A stretch of 21,544 nucleotides of DNA, taken from positions 1 to 21,544 of the forward strand of contig CAWFGE010000025.1 in the NCBI GenBank assembly GCA_963815195.1, in the 5' to 3' direction. A program made the translations under genes and the position numbers. Positions 8,440 to 17,023 of the stretch are shown here, piece by piece. Origin of the DNA: an uncultured Planctomycetaceae bacterium (GTDB lineage Bacteria > Planctomycetota > Planctomycetia > Planctomycetales > Planctomycetaceae). The notes beneath the pieces are model-generated. The model searched no databases. It saw nothing but the letters and a program-made list of their open reading frames with translations, and had not been told where the DNA came from. The stretch's first letter is position 1; each line of letters starts with the position of its first letter.

Positions 8440-9128
8440 TTAATCCAAAAAGCCGGCCCGCGTTTCGCCGGACTCGTTCGCTTGCCAGAAGTCGCCGGTT
8501 TCCACGTCGAGGCAGGTCAGCCAGCCGCCTTTGCAAGCGGCGGTGTCGATGCACACGGCGTGTCCCAGGTTCAAGATCTCGCCGGTCTTTTGCGAGGTGT
8601 GGCCGCAGATCATGGTTTTGCCCGATTGGTGCGGCGAAGTCCATTCGTCAACCCGTTCCCAAAACAGCACGTACTCCGGCTGCTCTTCGAGGGGCAGGTC
8701 AGGATAAAGATTGCCGTGCACGAACAGATGCCGATCCGTTTCGTAATAATCCCGCAACTGATTCTCCAAGTAATCCCAATGCGAGTCGGGGATGTCCGCC
8801 AGCCCGCCTTCATCGGCAAAGTGCGAGTACGAAGCGAGCGTTTTGTCGCCGCCGACGGCCATCCAATATTTGAAGGCTGCGGAACTCTCGCGGGCATTGA
8901 GCATCATCAATTCATGGTTGCCGCGAAGGGGCACCAGCGGCCCCACCTCGTTGCGGTGAATCAGCCAATCGAGCACGGCGTGCGTGTTCGGTCCGCGGTT
9001 CACATAATCGCCCAGAGTAACGAGCGTATCGTCCGGAGTGAGTTTGACGAACTCGACCAGCGTGGACAGCGCCGAAAACAGCCGTGAATATCGCCGATCG
9101 CCAACAGTCGCGGTTTGAAAGCAGCCAT
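8440..9128 (-). pseudogene. PPP-family Ser/Thr protein phosphatase (metallophosphoesterase, PphA/lambda-like) with a -1 frameshift (229 aa if repaired)
   Basis: ATG 9128 after AAGGGG gives MAAFKPRLLAIGDIHGCF. Adding one T to the T4 run (+ strand A 9075-9078) joins SALSTLVEF...LGDYVNRGP, LRGNHE, FVHG, ICGHT and IDT. Confidence 0.85.
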
Positions 9129-9152
9129 CCCCTTACTTTAGAAGCCGGTTGT

Positions 9153-9345
9153 TCAAACGTGCAACCCCAACTTGTCAGCGGACGTTTTCGCGGGTGGATC
9201 GCCCGGCTGGGCCCATGTCTGGCAGAATGCCGCCAGATGCTGACGCGAGTTGCCGTCCAACATCAGTTCATCGCGGACCAAGGCATAAGCATGGCGCGGA
9301 TCGTGCTCCGTTTCGGGAAATTGATATGTTGGCAAGGGGCATCAT
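9153..9345 (-). pseudogene. gad: Glutamate decarboxylase N-terminal remnant
   Basis: [40 protein letters not shown] matches the GadA/GadB N-terminal signature DEL.LDGN.RQNLATFCQTW and then stops. AGGAGA plus ATG ATG CCC CTT upstream is out of frame with it. Confidence 0.85.
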
Positions 9346-9351
9346 CTTCTC

Positions 9352-10908
9352 CTAAAGCAATGGGCTAACGAGACGGACCATGTTTTCCACGAATCGATTC
9401 TTAAAGGGCCGATGTTCCCAATCCGCCGCCTCCAGGCGGTCGGAATCGTTGATATAGGATTGTTGAAGATCGCGCAACGCCTCTGCGAAGTCGTTGTCAT
9501 AGACGAACAGCGCGACTTCATAATTCAACCAGAGGCTTCGCATGTCGAGATTCACCGTGCCAAACATGGCCATCGTCCCGTCCACCATGATGGATTTCGT
9601 GTGGAGCAGCCCTCCGCGATACAAATAAATTTCCACTCCAAAATCCAGCAAGTCGTCGAAGTAAGACCGGCTGGCATACCGCGTCAGAAACGAATCGACG
9701 CGCTCGGGGACAACCAGCCGGACGGCGACTCCCCGGCCCGCCGCGCCGCGCACCGCCCGAAGCAGCGATTCGTCGGGAACGAAATAGGGCGTGGTCATCA
9801 CGAGTTCGGTTTGCGCGGCGTAAATCAGGGACAGGATCATCTGCAGCAGCGCATCGCCGGACTCCCCGGGACCGGAAGGCACGACTTGGATGTCGGTTTT
9901 TCCTTGCGGCTCCACGGGTTTCAGTTTGGCTTGCGACACCATTTCGTGGAGGGTCTTTCCCGTTTCGAAGGTCCAGTCGCCGATCATCGTGGCCGCGAGC
10001 GGAATAACGACGGGACCGTGAAGACGAACCATCGCATCGACCCATTCCCCGACGCCCGCGTCCTGCTTGAAGAACCGCGGATCCACGAGGTTCATGCTTC
10101 CGGTCCATGCGACGCGGCCGTCGATCACGACGATCTTCCGATGCAGCCGCAAATCGGTCCGTCCGACCACCGTCCGAAACAGCCCGACCGGCAGAGCCGG
10201 GCGGAGATGCACGCCCGCCTGCCGAAGCTTATGAGGCTGCTGGCCTTTCCACCAAGGCCTGGCTCCCAGAGCATCAATGAGCAAGCAGCAGAAAACGCCC
10301 CGCTCCGCGGCCCGGATCACGGCCTCCAACACTTCGTCGGCCTGGCCTCCTTCACTCCAGATATAGAACTCCATCAGCAAACTCGACTCGGCTCCGTCGA
10401 TGTCGCGAGCGATGAGGTCCAACATTTCCTCCGTCTTGGAATAAAGCGTATAACTTCCGCCCCGAACCGTGGGCAGGCCGACGGTGGTCCGGCCGAGGTG
10501 GTTGAGCGACGGAGCAGCCGCCGGATGCCCCCGCCAGTCAATCTCCGTCAATCCGTGCCGATCCCCGGCTTCGACGATCTTCTGAAAACTGGCGCGGAAC
10601 GCTTCGATCCGCTCCGCGCGGCTGCGGCGGATTCGGCGTTCTCCGATGAGAAGATACAGCACAGCGCCCGCAAAGGGGGCGATGGTAATCAGCAGCACCC
10701 ACGAAAGCGCCACGCCCGTCGGCGGGCGCTTCATAATCACGCGAATTGACAAGACAAAAACGATCAGCACGTGGCCGATCAGGATGACGTTGGCAGGGTG
10801 GATCACATCGCTCATCGGCGGACCCTGTCGCCGGTCGGCGACTGCGCACGCGCACGCCGTTTGATCAGGCTCGTCTGTCGTCGATGGATCGGGCATCGAT
10901 CTCCCCAT
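9352..10908 (-). CDS. cls: Cardiolipin synthase (ClsA type)
   Basis: Two HKD motifs (HRKIVVID, HTKSIMVD), GSMN and GTVNLDMRS, two N-terminal TM helices and C-terminal LVSPLL. The start is either 10908 (TGATG overlap) or 10815. Confidence 0.95.
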   Translation of the reverse strand: MGRSMPDPSTTDEPDQTACACAVADRRQGPPMSDVIHPANVILIGHVLIVFVLSIRVIMKRPPTGVALSWVLLITIAPFAGAVLYLLIGERRIRRSRAERIEAFRASFQKIVEAGDRHGLTEIDWRGHPAAAPSLNHLGRTTVGLPTVRGGSYTLYSKTEEMLDLIARDIDGAESSLLMEFYIWSEGGQADEVLEAVIRAAERGVFCCLLIDALGARPWWKGQQPHKLRQAGVHLRPALPVGLFRTVVGRTDLRLHRKIVVIDGRVAWTGSMNLVDPRFFKQDAGVGEWVDAMVRLHGPVVIPLAATMIGDWTFETGKTLHEMVSQAKLKPVEPQGKTDIQVVPSGPGESGDALLQMILSLIYAAQTELVMTTPYFVPDESLLRAVRGAAGRGVAVRLVVPERVDSFLTRYASRSYFDDLLDFGVEIYLYRGGLLHTKSIMVDGTMAMFGTVNLDMRSLWLNYEVALFVYDNDFAEALRDLQQSYINDSDRLEAADWEHRPFKNRFVENMVRLVSPLL

Positions 10909-11249
10909 CAGTGCCAGGTGCCGAATTTGGTGAGTTGCACGCGTTTCTTGTCGTAGGGGTTCTCGAGGGACGGCGTCGGGAGATCGATCCCGTAGGAATA
11001 GTAATTCTTACCGGCCGAGTAGGCGGGCAAGTTGGTAAACGGCGTAAGTTTTGCTTTCACTTGAGGTCGATAGCCATAGGCCATCCACTTTCTTTGCTCG
11101 AGCCAAAAGGAGTCCAAATCTTGACTCCGAACCGCCTGGCTCAGATCGTCCGCTCCAAAATTCCCTTCCTCTTGAGCGATGCCCGATGGTGACACGCCGA
11201 ACCAGAACACACATAACAGTGGCAGAACCAGAACACAACGAAGCCGCAT
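10908..11249 (-). CDS. Small secreted hypothetical protein (113 aa)
   Basis: Signal peptide MRLRCVLVLPLLCVFWFGVSPSGIA|QEE. Its stop overlaps the cls ATG. Confidence 0.65.
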   Translation of the reverse strand: MRLRCVLVLPLLCVFWFGVSPSGIAQEEGNFGADDLSQAVRSQDLDSFWLEQRKWMAYGYRPQVKAKLTPFTNLPAYSAGKNYYSYGIDLPTPSLENPYDKKRVQLTKFGTWH

Positions 11250-11328
11250 GGGTCTTTCCTTTCCGATTAAAAGCCCGGAGTTTTTAAGGAATCTTTGCAG
11301 TCAAACAGCAAACGCTCGCATCGTCCAC

Positions 11329-11958
11329 TCAGCGGTTTTCTTTCGTTTTGGCTTTGAGCTCCCGCCGAAGTTCGCTCACTTCCTGGCGAACCGCCAGCAG
11401 GGATCGTTCCAGTCGCTCATTCTGCTCGAACAGCCGGCGAAACATTTCCACCGTGAGGTCCGCCTGACTCACGCCAAGAGATTCGGTGTAGTTGGGATTG
11501 CGCGGATCGCGCCGCCACATTTCGCGAGCATAGTGCTCGTGGAATTCCCGCAAGCTGCCGACGCGGATCTTCAACGAGCGCTTTCGCTCGCCTCGCTGAA
11601 CGATGACGACCATGTCCTGTCCGGGTTTGAGTTTCTCCACGGTCTCGGCAAGCTGTTTTTCGGATCGGATTTTCGTACCGGCGACTTCCAGCAGGACGTC
11701 GCCTTGACGAATCGACGCGAATGCGCTTGGCCCGCCCGGAAAAACATCGGCGACGCGAATCGCATGTTCCGCGTCTTCTTCCACCATGAGCCCGATCCAT
11801 CCGCGATCCGCTTCCGAGGATTTTCCAGCCGGCTGAGTCGGGTCCTTTCGGGTATCCTGGGCGAGCGATGGCTGCGGGATCGGCCCGGTCCAGCGTCCCG
11901 CCAAGCCGGCCATCAGAACGACGCCCAATCCGACCGCTAGGGTTTTCCAATTTCTCAT
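11329..11958 (-). CDS. Exported PDZ-domain protein with C-terminal coiled coil
   Basis: N-terminal hydrophobic segment, GWIGL carboxylate loop, V.PGGPS..A.IRQGDVLLEVAG, and a heptad-rich tail. GGAG Shine-Dalgarno upstream. Confidence 0.85.
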   Translation of the reverse strand: MRNWKTLAVGLGVVLMAGLAGRWTGPIPQPSLAQDTRKDPTQPAGKSSEADRGWIGLMVEEDAEHAIRVADVFPGGPSAFASIRQGDVLLEVAGTKIRSEKQLAETVEKLKPGQDMVVIVQRGERKRSLKIRVGSLREFHEHYAREMWRRDPRNPNYTESLGVSQADLTVEMFRRLFEQNERLERSLLAVRQEVSELRRELKAKTKENR

Positions 11959-12043
11959 TGTGGGACTCCAGTTAAGAGAGGGTTTTCAGAGACGCCAGGT
12001 GTCAGGGGTTCAACGGGGAATGGGAATCGACGCGGGCGCAATT

Positions 12044-12077
12044 AAAAAACCCCACTCGCAGATTGTTGCGAGAGAGG
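12044..12077 (-). terminator. Intrinsic terminator
   Basis: Minus strand CCTCTCTCGCA-ACAATC-TGCGAGTGGGG followed by TTTTTT. Confidence 0.7.
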
Positions 12078-12179
12078 CAGTCGTAGCCGGTTAAATACGA
12101 AAACCGCTGTCATCGGTTTGCCAATCAATGGAAGATAACAGAAGCCATGCGGATTTCAAGAGGCCCCATGCCGTGATTT

Positions 12180-12347
12180 CTACTTCGGCTTCGCAATCAT
12201 GCAGTCGGGAAGGGCTTGGAACAGCTTGATCCATGCGTCTTGGCCGGCTTGGACTCCCAACAAATGCAGGATCAAGATCGTCGCGATCAACGCAAATCGG
12301 AGCAACAAGTTCTTCCCCGTTCGAGAGATTCTGAAAGTCGTGGTCAT
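12180..12347 (-). CDS. Small single-TM protein (55 aa; possibly 85 aa ending at 12091 if a frameshift is repaired)
   Basis: Below the ORF-track cutoff. MTTTFRISRTGKNLLLRFALIATILILHLLGVQAGQDAWIKLFQALPDCMIAKPK*: basic N-terminus plus a hydrophobic helix, upstream of a terminator. Confidence 0.45.
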   Translation of the reverse strand: MTTTFRISRTGKNLLLRFALIATILILHLLGVQAGQDAWIKLFQALPDCMIAKPK

Positions 12348-12492
12348 AGGTTCTATGGTAGTCTTGGAATTGCGGGATCAACAGGCATGCTGCGCGGTTG
12401 CAAACGCCCGGGGCTCTGCGGACAATGCAAACCAAACTTTCGGCGAACACGATCCGGCGAATCACGACCACCACTTTTGAGGAAGCATTACC

Positions 12493-14508
12493 GTGCGGAT
12501 TTCCATTGGCTTGTTGATGATCGGTTTGATTGGAGGAACGTCTGTCGCCTGGGCCGATGGCGAAGGCGACAACCATCCCGAAAACGTCCGGCGGATTCCC
12601 CAATTGGGGATTGAAATCTCGCCGCAGAACCTTAAGGTTCTTCGCGCGGGGCTCGAGGAACTCAACCAGCAAATCGAATCGCTCGAGCGCAAAAAAGATC
12701 CCCGGGTCCAAGAACTGCTGCCGGATGTGATGATCTTCGCCCGCGCAGTCGATGAGGCGCTAACCTATCAAGAGTTCTTCCGCGAGGTCGAAATCCAGGT
12801 CGCGAAACAGCATTTGGAGCGCGGGCTCAAGCGCGCGAAAGATCTCGCCGCCGGCGAGGCCCCGTGGACTCAAGAGACCGGGCTGGTCGTGCGCGGTTAT
12901 GTGTCCAAGCTCGACGGCTCGGTGCAGCCCTACGGTTTGATCGTTCCGGGCAATGACAAGCCGGATCAAATCACGCCCCGCCGGCTGGATATTCGGTTTC
13001 ACGGCCGGGGCGAAACGCTGAGCGAGAACAACTTCCTTGACCAGCGGCTCAAGCAGAAAGGCTATTACGCCCCGAAGGATGCCATCGTGCTGCATCCTTA
13101 CGGGCGGTATTCCAACGCCTTCAAGTTCGCGGGCGAGGTGGATGTGCTCGAAGCCTTGGCCGCCGTCAAAAGGCATTACCCGATCGATGAAGACCGCATC
13201 TCCGTGCGGGGGTTTTCGATGGGCGGGGCCGCGTGCTGGCAGTTTGCGGTGCACTACGCGGGCGACTGGTTCGCGGCCAATCCCGGGGCGGGCTTCGCCG
13301 AGACGCCCGAGTTTTTGAAGTTCTTTCAGAAAGAAGAACTGCATCCGACGTGGTGGGAGAAAAAACTCTGGCACCTTTACGACTGCACCGACTGGTGCCG
13401 CAATCTCGCCCAATGTCCGACGATCGCCTACAGCGGCGAGAACGACACCCAAAAGCAAGCCGCCGACATCATGGCCGGGGCCCTCCAGCGGGAACGCATG
13501 CAGTTGACCCACATCATCGGCCCCAAGATGGGGCACCGCATCGATCCGGGTTCGGTCAAAGTGATTGAATCCCGCATGGCGGACCTGTCCCGCGCGGGCC
13601 GCCGGCGGGTTCCCGACTCGCTGCGGTTCATCACCTACACCCTCAAATACAACCGGCTCAAATGGCTGACGGTCACGGGCATCAAAGAACATTGGGAACC
13701 CAGCAGCGTGCAGGCGAGCATTCAATCGCCGTCGCAGATGAACATCAACACCAAGAACGTCACGGGATTGGAACTCGACTTTCGTCCCGGGGAATGGCCG
13801 CGGGCCGTGGGCAACGTCACCCTCGTGATCGACGGCCAGACGCTGTTCGGGGCCAGGCCGCAAACGGACCGGTCGCTGAACGTCTCGCTCGTTCGAGGCG
13901 ATGCGGGTTGGGAGTTCGGCGAGTTTCCCGAAGACCAGCTCCGCAAACGGCACGATCTCCAAGGCCCCATCGACGATGCGATGATGGATTCCTTCGTGTT
14001 CGTGAAACCGACGGGGACCGCGGCCCATCCGCAGGTGGGAACGTGGGTCGATCAGGAACTGATTCGCGCGGTCGAGCATTGGCGCCGGCATTTTCGCGGG
14101 CACGCGCGCGTGAAGAACGATACCGCGATCACGCCCGAGGACATCCAAAACTCCAACCTGATTCTGTGGGGCGATCCCCAGAGCAACCAGGTGCTGAAAA
14201 AGATCATCGGTAAGCTGCCCATCGGCTGGAATGGCGAGGCCGTCACCGTCGGGGATCGTCAGTTCTCCGCGAAGGATCACGCGCTGATTGCGATCTATCC
14301 CAACCCATTGAACCCCAAGCGATACGTGGTGCTCAACAGCAGCTTTACGTTCCGGGATTACGCGTATCTCAACAACGCCCGCCAGGTGCCGATGCTGCCC
14401 GACTGGGCGGTGGTTGATTTGAAGACGCCCCCAGGCGCCGTCTGGCCCGGCAAGATCGTCGAAGCGGGCTTCTTCGACGAAACCTGGCAATTGAAGCCCG
14501 CGAACTAA
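12493..14508 (+). CDS. Secreted alpha/beta hydrolase (prolyl oligopeptidase/S9-like serine hydrolase)
   Basis: Signal peptide (AWA|D), FHGRG oxyanion region, GFSMGG nucleophile elbow, GEND aspartate and MGH histidine. GTG start after GAGG. Confidence 0.85.
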   Translation: MRISIGLLMIGLIGGTSVAWADGEGDNHPENVRRIPQLGIEISPQNLKVLRAGLEELNQQIESLERKKDPRVQELLPDVMIFARAVDEALTYQEFFREVEIQVAKQHLERGLKRAKDLAAGEAPWTQETGLVVRGYVSKLDGSVQPYGLIVPGNDKPDQITPRRLDIRFHGRGETLSENNFLDQRLKQKGYYAPKDAIVLHPYGRYSNAFKFAGEVDVLEALAAVKRHYPIDEDRISVRGFSMGGAACWQFAVHYAGDWFAANPGAGFAETPEFLKFFQKEELHPTWWEKKLWHLYDCTDWCRNLAQCPTIAYSGENDTQKQAADIMAGALQRERMQLTHIIGPKMGHRIDPGSVKVIESRMADLSRAGRRRVPDSLRFITYTLKYNRLKWLTVTGIKEHWEPSSVQASIQSPSQMNINTKNVTGLELDFRPGEWPRAVGNVTLVIDGQTLFGARPQTDRSLNVSLVRGDAGWEFGEFPEDQLRKRHDLQGPIDDAMMDSFVFVKPTGTAAHPQVGTWVDQELIRAVEHWRRHFRGHARVKNDTAITPEDIQNSNLILWGDPQSNQVLKKIIGKLPIGWNGEAVTVGDRQFSAKDHALIAIYPNPLNPKRYVVLNSSFTFRDYAYLNNARQVPMLPDWAVVDLKTPPGAVWPGKIVEAGFFDETWQLKPAN

Positions 14509-14530
14509 ACTCCCGTTCCTCGGACAGAGC

Positions 14531-15825
14531 CTAACGATCTTCCGCTTGCCCAATCCGCCGCGACCAGTTTGTTTTCAGATCGACTGACAAAATCTGACTC
14601 GCAGCGGATTGCTTGCGGGACTTGACGATCGCGGCCGAGTCGACGCGAACGCCGCCGGCCACAGTCACGCCGCGTCCGCGCCCGCGGCGAATGTTGACGA
14701 GCGTTTCCGCTTTTGTCGGCGTGGAGACTTTGGCGATCGAGTATTGTTTCGGGTCGAGAATCCAACTCATGTCCCAACGGGATTTCGCGGCGAGGTTGTC
14801 TTCGGCAATCAATGTGGCCGCGACGGCCAGGTCGGACAGATTGTGCAAGTCGGCAAAGGCCGGCACCGCGGATTCCAAGCGGGCCATGTGCTCGGTAAAA
14901 TCCTTCGCAAATTGCGCGGCCCCTTCGTTCTTCGTGTCCTGATCCGCCTCCGAGTCGCTGGTTCGAATGCCAGCCCGCGCTGGGGAAGTTGAAAGGTCAA
15001 TCCATCGGGGGACACCAACAGCGGGTCGTAATCGGCCACAAACCAAAAGCGATTGAACAAATGCCCGCGGCCGCTGTGTTCCAGGTAGCTTTTGACGCCC
15101 GCCACGGGCATGCGATCGAGACCCAGGCTGAGCCGTTTCATGAGATAATCGGATTCGACGCACGTCAGCGCGAAACGGGTATCGGTCGGCACGCCGAAGT
15201 ACTGGGCCGTCAACGGGCCGAGCGTTTCTTGGAGGGCCCGGGCAATCCTGTTTTGATCGGAAATGCGTTTCGCGAGAATCTGACGCTGCAACTGGGCCAC
15301 GCGGTCCTCAGCCCCCTTGTCTTGAAGCAGCGTGCAGCCGAAGACTCGGGACCGGCTCGTCGGGCCAAACTGCCGGAGGGCCAGGACCAGATCATCCAAC
15401 TGGATTACGGGCCGGCCCGTTCGCCGGCCGCGGACACGCGAAGGATCGCTTTTATCCCAAGGCTCGGCAGGGCCGGCGAGGATCAAATCGCCTCGATCCG
15501 GCAGCGCATCGATCCGCACGATCTTCACGAGGCCGTCCAAATACAGAAGTTGCTCTGGGATTTCCTGGCCGGCCTCGGTGAGCCGCCGAAGCTCGCTGAA
15601 AAGTTTTGGAAGCGAAATGTAAGCCCATTCGGGGTCGAGACGCCGGTCAAGTTTCATGGGGAGATCGGCGACCTGACGGGATTGCATCACTCCCGCGGCG
15701 TCAATCCGCACCCCTTGGATGGTGATTTGCGCAAAGGCCGAGCCGGTTCGGAGCCCCGTCCACGTTGTGGTGACGCCGATGGCGAGCAGCGTGATGAATC
15801 GGTAGAACATGCCGAGGTCCTTCAT
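14531..15825 (-). pseudogene. DUF1598-like secreted planctomycete protein with a -1 frameshift near 14970 (431 aa if repaired)
   Basis: The N-terminal frame (GVRIDAAG, DLILAGPAE, LDDLVLALR, ESDYLMKRLSLG, RFWFVADY) joins the second frame (IRTSD...FAKDFTEH...PAFADLHNLSDLAVAATLI, AGGV) when one base is added. The family name is from recall. Confidence 0.65.
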
Positions 15826-15835
15826 CGATGAGTGG

Positions 15836-16849
15836 TCAGGCTCCCAGGCGGATTAACAGCGTTTCCAGGACGATCCGCTGCTGTTCGGGCGACAGTGAGC
15901 CTTTGCCGCCGCCCAGGTATTCGCGGGCATCGAGGAGTTGGCCGGGGATGCTCTCCGCGCGGGGCCGGCCGATCCGCCGGAGGTAACGTTCCGCCGCCTG
16001 GATGTTGTTCCGCCAGACCCCCGCCGATTGGAGAGCCGGACCGAGCTTGGTCCCTTGCCGGGCGAGTTCGGTGGCCTGGCTGAATTGGCGAAACTTGAAC
16101 GCCAACCCGCCCAGGATCATCAAGGGGGCTTCGCGGGCGGCGAGCAGTTTATCCAGGCATACCAGGGCCTGGCCGACGTGCCCATCGACCAACGCATCGA
16201 CCATCGCCCAGGTGGTTTCCGCCCGCCAGCCGCCGACGAGTTGGGTGACATCCTCCGTGGTGATGCGGTCCCGGTCGCCCACGTAGGATGCCAGCTTGGA
16301 GAGTTCCTGCTCCAACAGTCCCAGGCTGCTTCCGGCGAGTTCGACCATCAAACTCGCCGCCGGCCGGGCGAGGTTCTTTTCGAACTGGTCTTTGGCCGAT
16401 TCGATCAGCCAGCGGGGGACCTCGGCATCTTTTAAGGGTTCGCAGGACAGGTTCAGGCCGATTTTTTCAACGAGCTTGTACAGGCGGGTCGTTTTTTGCC
16501 ATTTCTTGACGACCAGAAGCAGCACCGATTTTTTGGGCGGTTTTTGCAGGAATTTCTCGAGGCCCGCGCGGTTTTTGGTGACGAAGTCGTCGGCTTCATC
16601 CACCAGCACCAGCCGCTTGTCGCCCCACATGGAAATCATCAACAATTCGTCGAGAACGGCTTTGAGGTCGGCCGATTTCCCCTCAAACCGGGTCAGGCCG
16701 ATTTCGTCGCCTTCTTCGCTGCCCAGCACCTCTCGCATCACCGCCCGTTGGCAACTTTGCTGCAAAAACCGCTCGCCGCCAAAAAGCACGACGACGTGCT
16801 CCGGGGGCTTTTGGCCGGGGTTTTTGAGAAACTCGGTGGCGTGCAACAT
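15836..16849 (-). CDS. holA: DNA polymerase III subunit delta
   Basis: VVLFGGERFL, ISMWGDKRLVLVDEAD, LEQELSKLASY, ITTEDV and WAMVDAL; ~337 aa from ATG 16849. Confidence 0.9.
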   Translation of the reverse strand: MLHATEFLKNPGQKPPEHVVVLFGGERFLQQSCQRAVMREVLGSEEGDEIGLTRFEGKSADLKAVLDELLMISMWGDKRLVLVDEADDFVTKNRAGLEKFLQKPPKKSVLLLVVKKWQKTTRLYKLVEKIGLNLSCEPLKDAEVPRWLIESAKDQFEKNLARPAASLMVELAGSSLGLLEQELSKLASYVGDRDRITTEDVTQLVGGWRAETTWAMVDALVDGHVGQALVCLDKLLAAREAPLMILGGLAFKFRQFSQATELARQGTKLGPALQSAGVWRNNIQAAERYLRRIGRPRAESIPGQLLDAREYLGGGKGSLSPEQQRIVLETLLIRLGA

Positions 16850-16944
16850 GAAAGATCGTTCTTGACCGGGAAAAACGGCTCGCATACAGTCCTGCTCCGC
16901 ACGTTATTTTAACGGAAGACACCACAAAGATTCAGACATGCGGG

Positions 16945-16986
16945 ACCACGAAACACACGAAAAAGTCTTTTCTTTTTCTTCGTGGT
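16945..16986. repeat. Degenerate REP-like inverted repeat (ACCACGAAACACACGAAA ... TTCGTGGT)
   Basis: ACCACGAA/TTCGTGGT arms with an internal CACGAAA duplication, in the holA divergent intergenic region. Confidence 0.4.
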
Positions 16987-17023
16987 TGATCAAATCTCAA
17001 TTTCAACGAAGGTTCGCCGGCCG

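Noticed and set aside
8409..8445. CTCTAAC...GTTAATC as a possible attC site
   Set aside because: Only ~37 bp, shorter than known attC sites, with poor R-box complementarity and no L boxes.
12075..12125. GGCAAACC...GACAGC...CTGCC on the minus strand upstream of a terminator, as a c-di-GMP-I riboswitch
   Set aside because: It lacks the GNRA-capped P2 and GACGCAAA junction and is too short. The terminator is adequately explained by the small upstream ORF.
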